NCBI RefSeq assembly: GCF_004010195.1
Contig: NC_057737.1
Coordinates: forward strand, 33,266,715 to 33,330,714
Direction: 5' to 3'
Length of the DNA stretch: 64,000 nucleotides
Source of the DNA: Chiloscyllium plagiosum
Lineage: Eukaryota
Below, in pieces: positions 51,328 through 64,000 of the stretch (position 1 is its first letter; each line of letters starts with the position of its first letter). The notes beneath the pieces are model-generated. The model was given only the letters and a program-made list of their open reading frames with translations. It was not told the DNA's origin and did no database searches. A program made the position numbers and the translations under genes.

Positions 51328-52180
51328 GTGTAAGGACCATGTCTTTTTGTCTCTGTGCTTTTAAAAACTGAAATGAGAAAGAGTTGTTTTAAATAAAAAG
51401 TGTTTGAAAGAGTGGGTGCAGTTTAGAAAGTAAGCAAATTGACTCCTATTGCAGCCAGCATTCAAACAGTTGTTAGAACAAGCAGTAATTACAGTATAGT
51501 TGTCGATGATTTTTAGCCAAGGAGGCTTACTAATGCAGCTTTTATTAGCAACAAGAAGTTGACTAGTCTACGGACGAATGACATAGACCTTTATGCTTGC
51601 CAATAGCAATCTAATTATACCTCAGGTAACATCAGCTTGGAGCTGGGAACAAATTACAGAGTTTAGTTTATTTCCCAGCTCAGGAGCAACCTGCCCGTTC
51701 TGAAGAAAACCAGTTTACATGTCTTGCAACAGTTGTTGAAAAGTGTAACTTTTAACTGATAAGTCAAAGAGTTTTTATAAGGGAACTAGCCATCTTGTTT
51801 CTCTCACCAACCAATGGAAGCAACCATAGAAAGACTACTTATGTAACGTGCTGACCAGCAGAAGAGTTATAAAGATAATCTCAACAACTTTAGCTGGAAA
51901 GAAAGACTTTCTCCTCTGTCCAGAATCTGTCTGTTCTCCTCTGTCTGTTCGTCTGTGTGTGTGTATGTCAGAGTTTCTATCTGTTATAATTATTTAACTG
52001 TCACTAGAATCCAATAATGTTAAATAAATCATAGCTCTTGTTCGGTTCTTCCTACATTTTCTATTAACTTGGGGTGGAAAATCAGATAAATTGGGAACGT
52101 TTAAAATCTTTAACTTATGAGATGACTCTGGAAATAGCAGGGCCTGTTTTCCAACACTCTTCTCCAGTGAGTTGTAGCAC
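51328..52180 (+). mobile_element. Probable solo LTR
   Basis: TGTAAG start, AATAAA at 52023 and a GT-rich segment. Composition-based call only. Confidence 0.3.
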
Positions 52181-54291
52181 TAGCATGACAAGCAACCCAT
52201 CTGTGTTTTTGTGCTACAATGCCTCTTAAACACCAGCAGTGAAAGCCTTTGGCTCTGGCTGAGGAGCCAATGCATGGCAAGGCAAGGTAAGTTTTGCATG
52301 GGTGGTGCAAGCATGCAAGTTTTCACAAATGAAAGAGCACTAAAAGAGCATATGAGCAGCCCTGAAATGCAGCCTAGTCCATTTCTTGAGCTTGATTCTT
52401 GTCCATATGCATAAAGTATCTCTGCTGCAACTTTCTCAATGTTGGTTGCTGATGTGTCCTCCAATGCAAGTTTGTGCCTTATGAGCAGCCTCCAAATATA
52501 CTGGAAAGGTGCCATGATGGTAGTGATGGGTAAGATGGAAGGCTGAACATTAATGAGGCAAATTGTGGCATTAACAAGATATTTCACAAGTGTTAGTCCT
52601 TGTCAACTGATATCTCACCACTGTCTACCAAACATTTCACCACATTGCTTGTCAAAAGTACAAAAGACAGAGCAAGGTGATCTTGGCATAGAGTTAGGCC
52701 TCGCTGCAGTTGTCACCTGACTGTGCCACTCATCTCACCACTGCTCACATTGCTTAGATCACTATAAGATTCCACCCATTATCTCAACCAGCTATGGTAA
52801 CAGTTTCCAGGTAAGTTACAGGTAGGTATTACTTTCTAATAATACAGAAACAGGAGTCAGCTACAATAGGCTAAGATGACAGTCAATATTTTCCTGGGTA
52901 CATCCCATTATTAAAGGCAATGGAGAACTTGAGACAAACATATGCCAAATCTCATAGGTGTGCAGCTACATTAGTGAATGAGCTGGACCTTTGTAGTACT
53001 TCGACAGTTTTAATGGTTAGTTTTATGGTGCCAGCCCAATTTTGCATATTTTTGTCTATATGTAGGAGTAGGCATCTTTAGGAGTGAGACAGCCTCTTGA
53101 CCCACCAAGTCACCAGTTAAAGTGCTAATATACAAGTATTAGCTTTGAATACATCTTGACCAATCAAATCCCAAAACATCAATGCCCTGCTTTGTCTGAA
53201 CCTGCAGGCACATCAGAAGCCTGCAGACACTGTGAGGAGCAATGCAGTAACACCTTTAAGGCAGTGGGACAGCAAGTAATTTTGTTGAGGGGGAAGGTCG
53301 CGGGGAGATGAGTATTCACAGTTTGGGCGTCACTGGAAAAGGAGAGAGGCAAGGGAAAGAGTTGGCTTTCAGTAGCAACCCTGTTTCCCACCTCCATGCT
53401 AAACAGGGGTAAATCATCCCATCCCAAACTCAGTAGATAGGTCGTCCCGATTTGCTGGTTGGGTAATTTCCTCTTGCTCATTTGGTACAAGTTTAGTTAT
53501 GCCAGTGACAGGTTGAAGCCATTAAATAATTGATGATTGATCACTTAAGGGCCTTAATTGGCAGCAAATCAGGAAGGTCTATCATCAGTTTTCCTGCTCA
53601 CAATTGAATTATTTAAGTGGCAGGTATTTTCCTGTTACTGACCCACTTGATTATTTGCACTTCCAGCCATGGTTCTCGCCACTTCCAAGAAGGTGAAAAT
53701 TCTTTTGATTGAGTTTAATTCACAATTCGTCAAGGTAGAATTTGAACAGATTGCTGACTCAAAATTCTGTTGTAACTTACTATTTACCAAAAACAACAGT
53801 GTTATCACATTATCAAAGAGAAAGAACTGGAAAGAACCCAGAGTTTTAAAGTTAATTTGCTCATGGGATTTTGACATCGCTGAATAGTCCAGCACCTATT
53901 ACCCAAACCTAATTTCCTTTGGTAAGTACGCCGCAGAGGTGTTAGGAGAGGGAGTTCCAGATTTTGACATAATGACACTGAAGGAACAGCAATATAGCGC
54001 CAGGTCTGGATCATATATGACTTAGAGGAGAACCTGAGAGTGATGATGCTCTCACACATCTGCTGTTCAGTAGAGTCCTGATATCTTGATAATGCAATAG
54101 AATCATACCTAGATGCAGAAGTTAACCAGTAAAATTTCCTTCCTCTCCTATTCTATTCACACTGTTTTACCTCACTGGAACCCAAAATCAAGTTTTGCTA
54201 TTTCCAGATTCAGCACAAAATTTAAGGATTTTGCAGAAGTACACAAAATTTTATAGTATAACTGACAAACAGCACCAGGTTAAGAATTACT

Positions 54292-54825
54292 ACTTTGCTC
54301 AAGTAGTACTTTTGAGCAAAGTACTACTTTTGTACTTTGCTCAAAAACTGCACGCATTCATGTAGAACTCTGAGCTCAAAAACTGCATGAATTTATGTAA
54401 AACTCCGTTATCTCACTTTCTAGATTAGAATCAATCTAAACATCATGGCATAGACAGAGAACACAGGGGGCCAACACCTTCAACATATTGTCTAGCTATC
54501 ACCATTGTTAACAGCTAACCCGAGAATGCAACTTTTTAAAAAAAAGGTTTTGTGATTTACACATGAAAGAAGTGAAACTATCACTGTATTCTAACAGATG
54601 AAAGGCTTAACAGACAATCAATTTTTCAATGTATAATTTCAGTTACATCACACTGTAAATTTTTGCTATAAATTCTGTGTGTTAGGATTGAGCCCTGCAC
54701 TATCACCTGATGAAGGAGTGTCGCTCCAAAGGCTAGTGTGCTTCCAATTAAACCTGTTGGACTATAACCTGGTGTTGTGTGGTTTTTAACTTTGTACACC
54801 CCAGTTCAACACCGGCATCTCCAAA
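54292..54825 (+). mobile_element. PLE family-B-related 3' fragment inserted in a probable minus-strand solo LTR (~54140-55660)
   Basis: 12-bp TSD TTAAGAATTACT (54280-54291 / 54826-54837). 3' end matches 16020-16125. Hammerhead remnant cacCTGATGAaGGAG...CTCC at 54704-54738. Confidence 0.85.
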
Positions 54826-56845
54826 TTAAGAATTACTGTTAGTTACAAGTAAATAGACTCTAGCTGTACGAAAACAACAATGAACCATATGAATTATGAA
54901 CATAAGTTGAAACTCTAACCCCCTTATGAACTCCCCTTTACACATATACGCAGACAGAAAACAAAATAATGGGTGTTACAGATAGAGGGAAAATTGAGAA
55001 AACAGTTCAGTGGTCTCAATTTAGAGAATGTGCTGAGATGATTCTTGTGCTAATCAGAACACTGCTGCTTGACCTTTCTTCTCTGGATACTTTTGCTGAT
55101 TTGCAGGAGATACCAGATGGTTGCTTCACACGTATAAAAGATCTCTGACCAATTAATTAAAAGTTACAGTTTACAGCAACTGCTAATGAAAAAGAACTGG
55201 TTTTCTTCAAGTTTAAAGTAGCTTTTACTACAGAGAACAGAGAGCTCTCCTAAGCTGGTGGAGGTCTGATAGGTTCTCACAGCCCTGTTCACAGTCCCCC
55301 GCTGTTCAGCTTCCTGAGAATTAATTATCTATTTGTTTACAGGCTGATGGCTTTTGTCATCAATACTTGGTCACTTGTCCACGTGCCAATCAGCAACTTG
55401 TTGCTGGCTGAAATTTGTACACAATCGTCAGCTTCAGCTTATCTGCAAACTACACTTCAAATATTGCCTGAACAAATAGGTGTGTAAATGTTGCTTCGAC
55501 ATGAAAAAGAAGAAAATGGCACTTAGAATGAATGTCAGGTTATTTGCTTTTTAAATCTGCAGTAATCCTTCAGCAAGCCTTCATTGTTAAGACCGTTCTT
55601 TTCCCATTGCCCACAGTTGACAGTACAGAAAAACGAAATGACAATCTTTCAACATGCCCCACCTTACTTTCAATTAGTGCCTGATTTAGTGCCCTTTCAT
55701 CAAGGTGGCTAATATCTTGCACTGGGGTGTTAATAACCAAGTGTAGGAGGAAGCACTTACTAAAGTACTATAATTTGCAATGTTGTTGAGGCACAAGCCA
55801 GCTTATTAAGAAAAATAAGAATTAATGTTTTGTGAAACTATGATTTTTTCCATACGAAAATGTAGTACCAGAAAAGTAGGATAATGGTGAATATGAGGAA
55901 GACCTCAAAAACTTAGATTAATTGCTATTTCGCCAATCTCAGTCATATCAATATCTTTTACTGTTTCACAATAAATTGAACAAGAATCAAGAACCAAAGC
56001 CTTGTGTGAAGTTATAAAGTCACACATGACCTGGTGTTCTTACAATAACGATGTACACTGTTAGTGTGCAAACAGAGTATCATAGCACAAACTCAAACAT
56101 ATTTTAAACAATTCACTTATATTCCTCCCACTCTAAAACAAATACTTTTCCAAGAGGATTGCTAAATCATTATGGAGGCACTGCACAGTTAGAGCAGAAC
56201 TTTTGCGTCCCTGCAGTTGTGTTCTTCACCCGATAAGGAAATATTTTCTTCTCATTCTGTAACCAAGAAGCAAATGTTGTGGACTACATATTTTGTGGTG
56301 AAAAAAGTCAGCTTATGCAGAAGAGATGCCTGAAAAATTTTGCATATTTGCTATCTTCTATTTGGATTGCAATGTAAGTATTGATGTCGTGTTGTATAGT
56401 ATGACCTCCAGGGGATCTTCTTGAAGGGATTTGAAATAGTATACCCAAATCACCCCTTAAAGATCTGTCCACCAGGATCAGAAGTACTTCCTAATGTGAT
56501 AATACATATACACAAAGCAACTTCTCAGCCTTTCGTTTTATATATGTTAGATGTTAGCCTTTAGATGTTGCTAAATTGTTTATGGCTAAGTAGTATTGTG
56601 TACTGACAGCTGCTTGCATGTACAGTATTTAAAGTTACATGGAAATTTTTATTTGGTCTTTGAAATTCCTGATAGTTGTTTAATATTAAGGTGAATTGAA
56701 ATGAACTTTAAAACTGATTATAATGAAGAGTGCAATTAAAACAGTCAATTAACACTTATATAGTGGAGACCATTTGGTAGATAAGGACACTGTTTCATGT
56801 TTTAATGGTGTTAGGCTTTCTAAATTAACATCTTCATTCTTGCAG

Positions 56846-57038
56846 ACAGTACAGAGCACTGACTATCAGACTGGCTCTTTGGACTCTATCCAGACTACTG
56901 ACCGATCAAGAACCATTATTTCAGCATTACTTTCTGACTATGATATACCTAAAGATACAATTGCAGTGAATACTACTTCCTCTACCCCTATCAAATCCAG
57001 GCAACGACGAAGCAGTGGCCAGCAGACCAAGTCTCCAG
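56846..57038 (+). CDS. Internal coding exon (193 nt, phase 0-1), probably the same host gene
   Basis: Acceptor taacatcttcattcttgcag|ACA and donor CAG|gtaaga. Open frame TVQSTDYQTGSLDS...RQRRSSGQQTKSP. Phase-compatible with the exon ending at 30267. Confidence 0.78.
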
Positions 57039-57623
57039 GTAAGAAATTTTGAATTGTAGGCTATGCACAAATAAGTCATGTTACCGAATTTTTAAAGGCA
57101 ACTGAAATTTTTAACAAAAGAGGTAAACCATCAAAATAAAAAAATTGTTACAGTATTCATGATGTTCTTGATATTTTTGGTTTCAGGGTTAAGCACAGGA
57201 ATAGAAGATAATAAGATATTTTTTGCCATTATAAAACCAAATCAGAGCTTAGAATAATTAGTTGAAGTCCCACATGTTGTACTTCTGACCTGTGTTACTC
57301 TTGTTTTCATGGATTGGGCTTCCCCACAATCTACACTTAACTTCCCTTTCTGTTCCTTAAATAACAAGCAAGATTTTACAAAGAAATTACAAATTTATGC
57401 CATAGTATGAGCAGCAATTCATTGTGCTTTCTATATGGCAAATGTAAATTAAGTTATTATCCCAAACAGTATATTAATGATTTTATCTGAACTACTTGAA
57501 AGCTAGAGGACAGTATAAAATATTCCTTCAAATGCCTCAACAGATTTCTGTACATCCAAAGTGGTCACAGCTACAAAATGAAGATTTGGCTATCCCCCCT
57601 TAAGTTTCCTCTGCTAATTGTAT

Positions 57624-57941
57624 ATTAGATTACTGATAGTGTGGAAACAGGCACTTCGGCCCAACAAGTCCACACCGACCCTCCAAAGAGCAATCCACCC
57701 AGACCCATTCCCTTACATTTACCCCAGACTAATGCACCTAACACTACGGACAATTTAGCATGGCCAATTCACCTAACCTGCACATTTTTGGACTGTGGGA
57801 GGAAACCTGAGCACCCAGAGGAAACCCAGCAGACACGGGGAAGAGTGTGCAAACTTCGCACAGTTGCCTGAGGTGGGAATTGAACCCAGGTCTCTGGCAC
57901 TGTGAGGCAGCAGTGCTAACCATTGTGCCTCTGTGTCGCCC
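57624..57941 (-). mobile_element. HE1/V-SINE-type SINE
   Basis: A/B boxes and V-domain as in 33677-33987. Confidence 0.9.
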
Positions 57942-58189
57942 ATATATCACCACCTTGGACAGGGAAAAATGTTGTGCACCAAAGATATTATTTGCCAAAT
58001 AAATAGCCCTGAACAGGAAGTTCTGTGATTGAATTTTGAAGTGTTTAAAGGAAATGTTCATGTAAATCTAAAATGATACCCTGCCAATGCGACTATGTAT
58101 GACAATACCACTTAGTCGGGACAGAGTCTTAATGAGAATGGCTCTTTGGAATCATAGAAAGCAATGATACCATTGAAGCAAGATCTATA

Positions 58190-58462
58190 CAGATGAACCT
58201 TGATTATCCGAATGAGATGGGTGGGCACTATTTCTTTCGGATAATTGATTATTCGATTAATTGATTTCCTCTGGGGCTCGGAGTTTTCTGTGAAGTCTGC
58301 TCCCCGTTCAGGATTCTAGGGAGCAGCACACCATGTGCAAGCCCCCACCCCCCTGCCCTCCCAACCCTGTCCACCCATGCCCCCATCCTATCTGCCCCGC
58401 CCACACTGCAACCCCATCCACCCCCAACCACCCCGCAACCCCCCCACCATCCTCCAATGCCA
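58190..58462 (-). mobile_element. One end of the same MITE family as 13375-14306
   Basis: TA|CAGATGAACCTTGATTATCCGAA...TTAATTG matches the reverse complement of 14225-14306, followed by the C-rich internal tract. Confidence 0.8.
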
Positions 58463-58464
58463 TC

Positions 58465-61400
58465 TGCTCCCTGGAGAAAAACATAAAATTTCTATTGGCG
58501 CAATACACTAAAGCTGGCCCGAAAATGGGAAACGAATGCCATCCAACAGAGCGCAACCTGCAAAAAGCTGTACTTCCTGCACGAATGCCTAAGAAAACAG
58601 GTACTACTTAAATGTCTCAAATACAAACCTCCCCTCAACACTCCACTAACTAAATGAATAGCAGAGCAAAACGGCCACAAAATGCTTAGAGAAATGATTA
58701 ATGATGCCCACAACAGACTCCATAAATACAACCGGGAAATTTTGCACCAAAATATTTACTCACTTATGCAACAGACCATGAATGGACAAACCAAAGATGC
58801 AACAAACCAAAGATTTTAGATAGTGACAAACACAGAAAATGTAAAAAACTAGATCTGCAGAAAAAAAAACTAGACAAACTTAGACAAAGTAACAACACTG
58901 ACAACACAGAAGCAGGGATAAAAAAAGCTTATCTGACCGACCCTTAACAACTGAAAAGGCCATCTTCATAAGAAGATTAAATTACAACTTCCAGGATGCA
59001 GACAAGAAAATTTCTTAGCAGCTTTAGAAACAACACTAAAAGACAACCAACTTACAGAAGAAACCCAGCAAACTATCAGATAGGTAGTCATAGAGTCATT
59101 GAGATGTACAGCATGGAAATAGACCCTTCGGTCCAACTCATCCATGCCAACCAGATATCCCAACCCAATCTGGTCCCACTTGCCAGCACCCGGCCCATAT
59201 CCCTCCAAACCATTCCTACTCATATACCCATCCAAATGTCTCTTAAATGTTGCAATTGTACTAGCCTCCACCACTGTCTTTGGCAGCTCATTCCATACAC
59301 GTACCACCGTCTGTGTGAAAAAGTTGTCGATTAGGTCTCTTTTATATCTTTCCCCTCTCCACCCTAAATCTTTGCCCTTTAGTTCTGGACTCCCCCACCC
59401 CAGCGAAAAGACTTTGCCTATTTACTCTATCCATACCCCTCATAATTTTGTAAACCTCTATAAGGTCCTCCCTCCAGGAAAACAGCCTCAGCCTGTACAG
59501 CCTCTCCCTATAGCTCAAATCCTCCAACCCTGACAACATCCTTAAAAATCTTTTCTGAACCCTTTCAGGTTTCACAACATCTTTCCGATAGGAAGGACAC
59601 CAGATCTGCACGCAATATTCCAACAGTGGCCTAGCCAATGTCCTGCACAGCTGCAACATGACCTCCCAACTCCTGTACTCAGTACTCTGACCAATAAACG
59701 AAAGCATACCATACGACTTCTTCACTCTCCTATCTACCTGCGACTCCACTTTCAAGGAGCTATGAACCTGCACTGCAAGGTCTCTTTGTTCAGCAACACT
59801 CCCTAGGACGTTACCATTAAGTGTATAAGTCTTGCTAATATTTGCTTTCCCAAAATGCAGCATCTCGCATTTATCTGAATTAAACTCCATCTGCCACTTC
59901 TCAGCCCATTGGTCCATCTGGTCAAGATCCAGTTGTAATCTGAGGTTCCCCGCTTCGATGTCCACTACACCTCCAATTTTGGTGTCATCTGAAAACTTAC
60001 TAACTGTACCTCTTATGCTCGCATCCAAATCATTTATGTAAATGACAAAAAGTAGAGGACCCAGCACCAATCCTTGTCGCACTCCACTGGTCACATGCCT
60101 CCCGTCTGAAAAACAACCCTCCACCACCACCCTCTGTCTTCTACCTTCGAGCCAGTTCTGTATCCAAATGGCTAGTTCTCCCTGTATTCCGTGAGATCTA
60201 ACCTTGCTTATCCGTCTCCCATGAGGAGCCTTACTGAAGTCCATATAGATCACATCTACTGCTTTGCCCTCATCAATCCTCTTTGTTACTTCCTCAGAAA
60301 ACTCAATCAAGTTTGTGAGACATGATTTCCCATACACAAAGCCATGTTGACTATCCCTAATCAGTCCTTGCCTTTCCAAATACATCATTTCCCTCAGGAT
60401 TCCCTCCAACAACTTGCCCACTACTGATGTCAGGCTCACTGGTCTATAGTTCCCTGGCTTGTCCTTACCACCCTTCTTAAACAGTGGCACCACATTAGCC
60501 AACCTCCAGTCTTCCGGCACATCACCTGTGACTATCGATGATACAAATATATCAGCAAGAGGCCAAGCAATGACTTCTCTAGCTTCCCACAGAATTCTAG
60601 GGTACACCTGATCAGGTCCTGGGAATTTATCCACCTTTACCCATTTCAAGACATCCAGCACTTCCTCCTCTGTAATCTGGACATTTTTCAAGATGTCACC
60701 ATCTATTCCCCTACAGTCTATATCTTCCATATCCTTCTCCACAGTAAATACTGATGCAAAATACTCATTTAGTATCTCCCCCACATTAAGCAGGAAAAAG
60801 GCAATAGACTCAATACACAAGAAAGGAAAGCACTGGAAAGACTATAAAAAATCCTACCTGCAGACAAAGGATGCTTGACAGTAATTTTAAATCAAAGAGA
60901 CTACGGTGAAAAAGTGAATGCACTACTTGCAGTTACCAACACTTACCTACAAGTGGCGATTGACCCGACCTCACAACTAGAGAACCGAATCACAGCCTAC
61001 TCAAAAAACTTCAGAAATCTGGAGAAATAAATAAGACCAACTTCCAAAAAATGAAACCAGATGGATACAACACACCACACTTCTACGGATTACCCAAAAT
61101 ACACAAACCAGGAGCCCCCCCTCAGACCCATTGTCTCGCTACTTACAGATTGGAGCACCAACTTACAGATTGGCCAAAGAGTTATGCCAAAGACTAAAAC
61201 ACTTAGTAGAAGACTCACGCCACTTCATCCACTCCACCCAAGAATTCCTGAAGACCATCAAAGACACCAAGATAGAAGAGAATGAAATAATGGTCTCCTT
61301 TGAAATAACAGCCCTGTTTACATCCATCAACATCAACCTGACCAAGGAAACACTGACTACATTATTAGAAGACCCAAAGATACATACACCAAACACCACC

Positions 61401-62681
61401 AACTTCATCAGCAAGGACAGTATCGTCAAGCTAGTGGACCTATGACTTACCACCCACTTCACCTTCATCAACAAAACTTACAGACAAACCAATGGAGCAC
61501 TCATGGGATCTCTGATATCAGGATTCTTAGCAGAGGCAGTAATGCAGAGACTTGAACAAACAGCTCTGCCAACTATCCAACGCAAACTTAGGGTCCACTA
61601 AGGTGATGACATCTTTGTCGTCACTAAACAGAAACAAATTAGAGAAAACCTTCAAAACCATCAATAATACCCTTACTGTCATAAAATTCACTAAAGAGGA
61701 GGAAAACAACAACAAACTGCCATTCCTAGATGTCACAGTAGAGCCAACAGCCAACGTGGAACTTCAAACCGGCGCCTACAGGAAAAGAACACATATAGAC
61801 CAAATATTGAACTACAGAAGCAATCATCCCAACATCCACAAATGAAGCTCCATCAGAACATTACTTCAACTAACTACCACACACTGCAGCACAGAGGAAC
61901 TATACAAAGGCAGAGAAAAATTACCTATACAGTGTATTCAAAAAGAATGGGTACCCAATGAACACAGTCTCATGATTTCTCAGCAACAAACCCAAGCAAG
62001 CAGACAAAATGCATTCAGAAACCCCTAGCCACTTTCCCCTACATCAAATACATTTCGGAAATGACTGCTAGACTACTCAGACCCCTTGGCATCATGGTCA
62101 CCCACAAACCCACCAACACACTAAAACAGCAGCTAATGAACTTGAAAGAACCTATACAGACAACAGGCAAAACTAATGTCATTTACAAAATATCGTGGAA
62201 GAACTGTAACAAACACTATTTTGGACAAACGGACAGAAAACTAGCCACCAGGATACATGAACATCAACTAGTCACAAAGCGACGTGATCCTCTCACTAGT
62301 ATCCTTACATACAGATAAGGAAGGACACCACTTCGACTAGGGCAACACATCCATCCTAGGACAAGCTTCTAGGACGAGAATTCCTAGAAGCATGGCATTT
62401 CAACCGGGACTCTATCAACAATCACTATCTATCACTCCCTGAGAAAAAGAACAGGAAATGACATCACTATAGGAAATGATGTCACCACAAGAAATAACAT
62501 CACCAACCCAAGGAAACCCAAACATATAAATAGAAAGCAGGAATCATCAGCAGTGCTTCATCTGGAGGCTCACTGAAGGTGTTACCTTGTATGGTGACAA
62601 AACGTCTGTAAATGAACCTTTCAGCTCAGTGAGCAAACCAACATCCAGAACCTCAACCTGAGCTATAAATCTTCTCAAAAT
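58465..62681 (+). mobile_element. Near-full-length PLE family A (N-terminal domain, RT and GIY-YIG), decayed, split by a CR1
   Basis: N-terminus LKLARKWETN...FLHECLRKQVL. RT motifs FYGLPKIHKP, PLRPIVS, MVSFEITALFTSI, QTNGALMGS and KLPFLDVTV. Endonuclease NVIYKISWKNCNKHYFGQTDRKLATRIHEH. Mutated hammerhead at 62570-62608. Confidence 0.92.
59087..60783 (-). mobile_element. Young 5'-truncated CR1 LINE with a long open RT frame, inserted in PLE-A
   Basis: ORF 59342-60820(-), 492 aa, with full CR1 RT motifs. Nearly identical to 42707-44410. Confidence 0.96.
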
Positions 62682-63224
62682 ATGGTACAATTTCTAGGGC
62701 ATGTTCCTAACTGTCTACTTAAGTTTGTAAAACTATGAACTATGTCAAAACGAATAGCTAGGCCACCATTAACATAGAACGTACCCTTAATCTTTTTAAA
62801 CCTGGTTCACCAGTAATTAAGGGCCTTAAACTCCACCTCTTATCTCATTGAAAGATTTGCTTGCCTTTTCTCCAAAGTCACTTATTTCTTTTGATAAAGA
62901 AAAGGTGGCTTAGAGCACAAAATAAGCTATTGGTTTCATCCCTTGTTAAAACCAAAACATAAATCCTATTCAATCCAGAAAATGCCCACAGAAGCTTTTG
63001 GCACACCACTTTATGTTGGCTGCCAGTCTTTTTCTCATAGTTTCTCTTCACATTATCACATCCCGTCTGAACTATTGATATTCTTAATCCTTATTTTCCA
63101 CCTGACTCATCATAAGCACATTTTTCTTTCTTTACCTTCATTTATATCTCCTTTATCATCCATAGAATTATTAATGTTTTTGTTTGACCTTCCCCTTTTA
63201 AAAAAAATCTACAAGTTACATTGA

Positions 63225-63575
63225 TGGGATTTGAATCAGTGTCCACAGACCATAAATTTGGGCTTCTGAATTACTAGCCCAATGACATTATCACTGCAGC
63301 ACTGCCTCTCGCCTCCATAAGTAAAACTGTTTCCAGTGGTGTCCACACAGTATTGTACCAAAACCTTCTGCTTTTTGTGATATGTATTAACATTTTGGAG
63401 GGACCTTAGAGTGAATATCCATGGATCCCTGAAGGTAGCAGTACAAATCAATAACGTGGTCAAGAAGATATATGGAATTCTTTACTTTATTAGCAAAGAG
63501 GCTTTAGAAAGATTATTGTGAAATTGTACATATCATTAGTAAGATTGCAATGTCAGTACTATGTGCAGTACATGT
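63225..63575. mobile_element. Small old SINE head (minus, 63225-63305) and CR1 fragment (plus, ~63395-63575)
   Basis: gggatttgaatc...gggcttctgaattactagccc. RDLRVNIHGSLKVAVQINNVVKK is a CR1 RT C-terminal peptide. Confidence 0.5.
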
Positions 63576-64000
63576 ACAGAAATGTCTTCATTTAACTTAT
63601 GAATATATGGAAGTTAAAAGGATTGCTTAAAGTACATTAGCTCCTGAAACATTGGCTACTGTGGAAGCAATATATATAGAGTGACATCCTGAAAAGATGT
63701 GCACTAAAGTTATGTAGAGTAGATAGTTCTTTATTTTGAAATATATGCACAATGAAAGTGTGAGTGAGAATAGATCGTAGGTTGACTTTGTTGGCTTTTA
63801 ACCTTGCTCTAGAGAACGGAAATGTCTAAAGTAAATGAATAGATGCAAATAGTTAATATTCTGATTTTTAAAAAAATAAGAGCATATAAAGGAATTTGTC
63901 AGAGGAATAGTGTCTTGTAATTCAATGTTTTGTACAGCATGTGAAGATTTGAAAATTTTGGTTGTACATAATTCAAATATCAGGACATATAGGAATCTAT

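Noticed and set aside
52710-52816. Strong + donor CAG|gtaagt
   Set aside because: Weak acceptor, no recognisable peptide, and it lies among probable transposon debris.
56268-56379. Possible + exon ending at AAT|gtaagt
   Set aside because: Weak acceptor, and the open frame is phase-incompatible with the flanking phase-0 exons.
59342-60820. Longest ORF (492 aa) as a host or domesticated gene
   Set aside because: It is a 5'-truncated CR1 RT whose start codon comes from flanking PLE sequence.

Overview
Repeat-dense vertebrate intronic DNA, most likely from a shark or other elasmobranch. The inference rests on HE1/V-type tRNA-SINEs, young CR1 LINEs and abundant Penelope-like elements (PLEs). There are no prokaryotic features, CRISPR arrays, rRNA or true tRNA genes. 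The only convincing host-gene content is two phase-compatible + strand coding exons (29722-30267 and 56846-57038) of an unidentified Ser/Thr-rich protein. Most other recognisable sequence is nested transposable elements: a decayed Gypsy provirus with its 3' LTR, a Gmr1-like integrase remnant, probable solo LTRs, three young and several old CR1/L2 LINEs, Harbinger and possible piggyBac remnants, a Tc1/pogo-type MITE, and four or five PLE families (RT plus GIY-YIG). The PLE family labels A-E are my own. The most striking structure is the PLE system. Families A-D each end in their own minimal hammerhead-ribozyme motif (CUGAnGA-stemII-GAAA-NUH). These ends occur repeatedly as 90-550 bp ORF-less insertions, often as tail-to-tail foldbacks, flanked by 7-15 bp target-site duplications (TSDs). 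Boundaries of old repeats are approximate and were read by eye.
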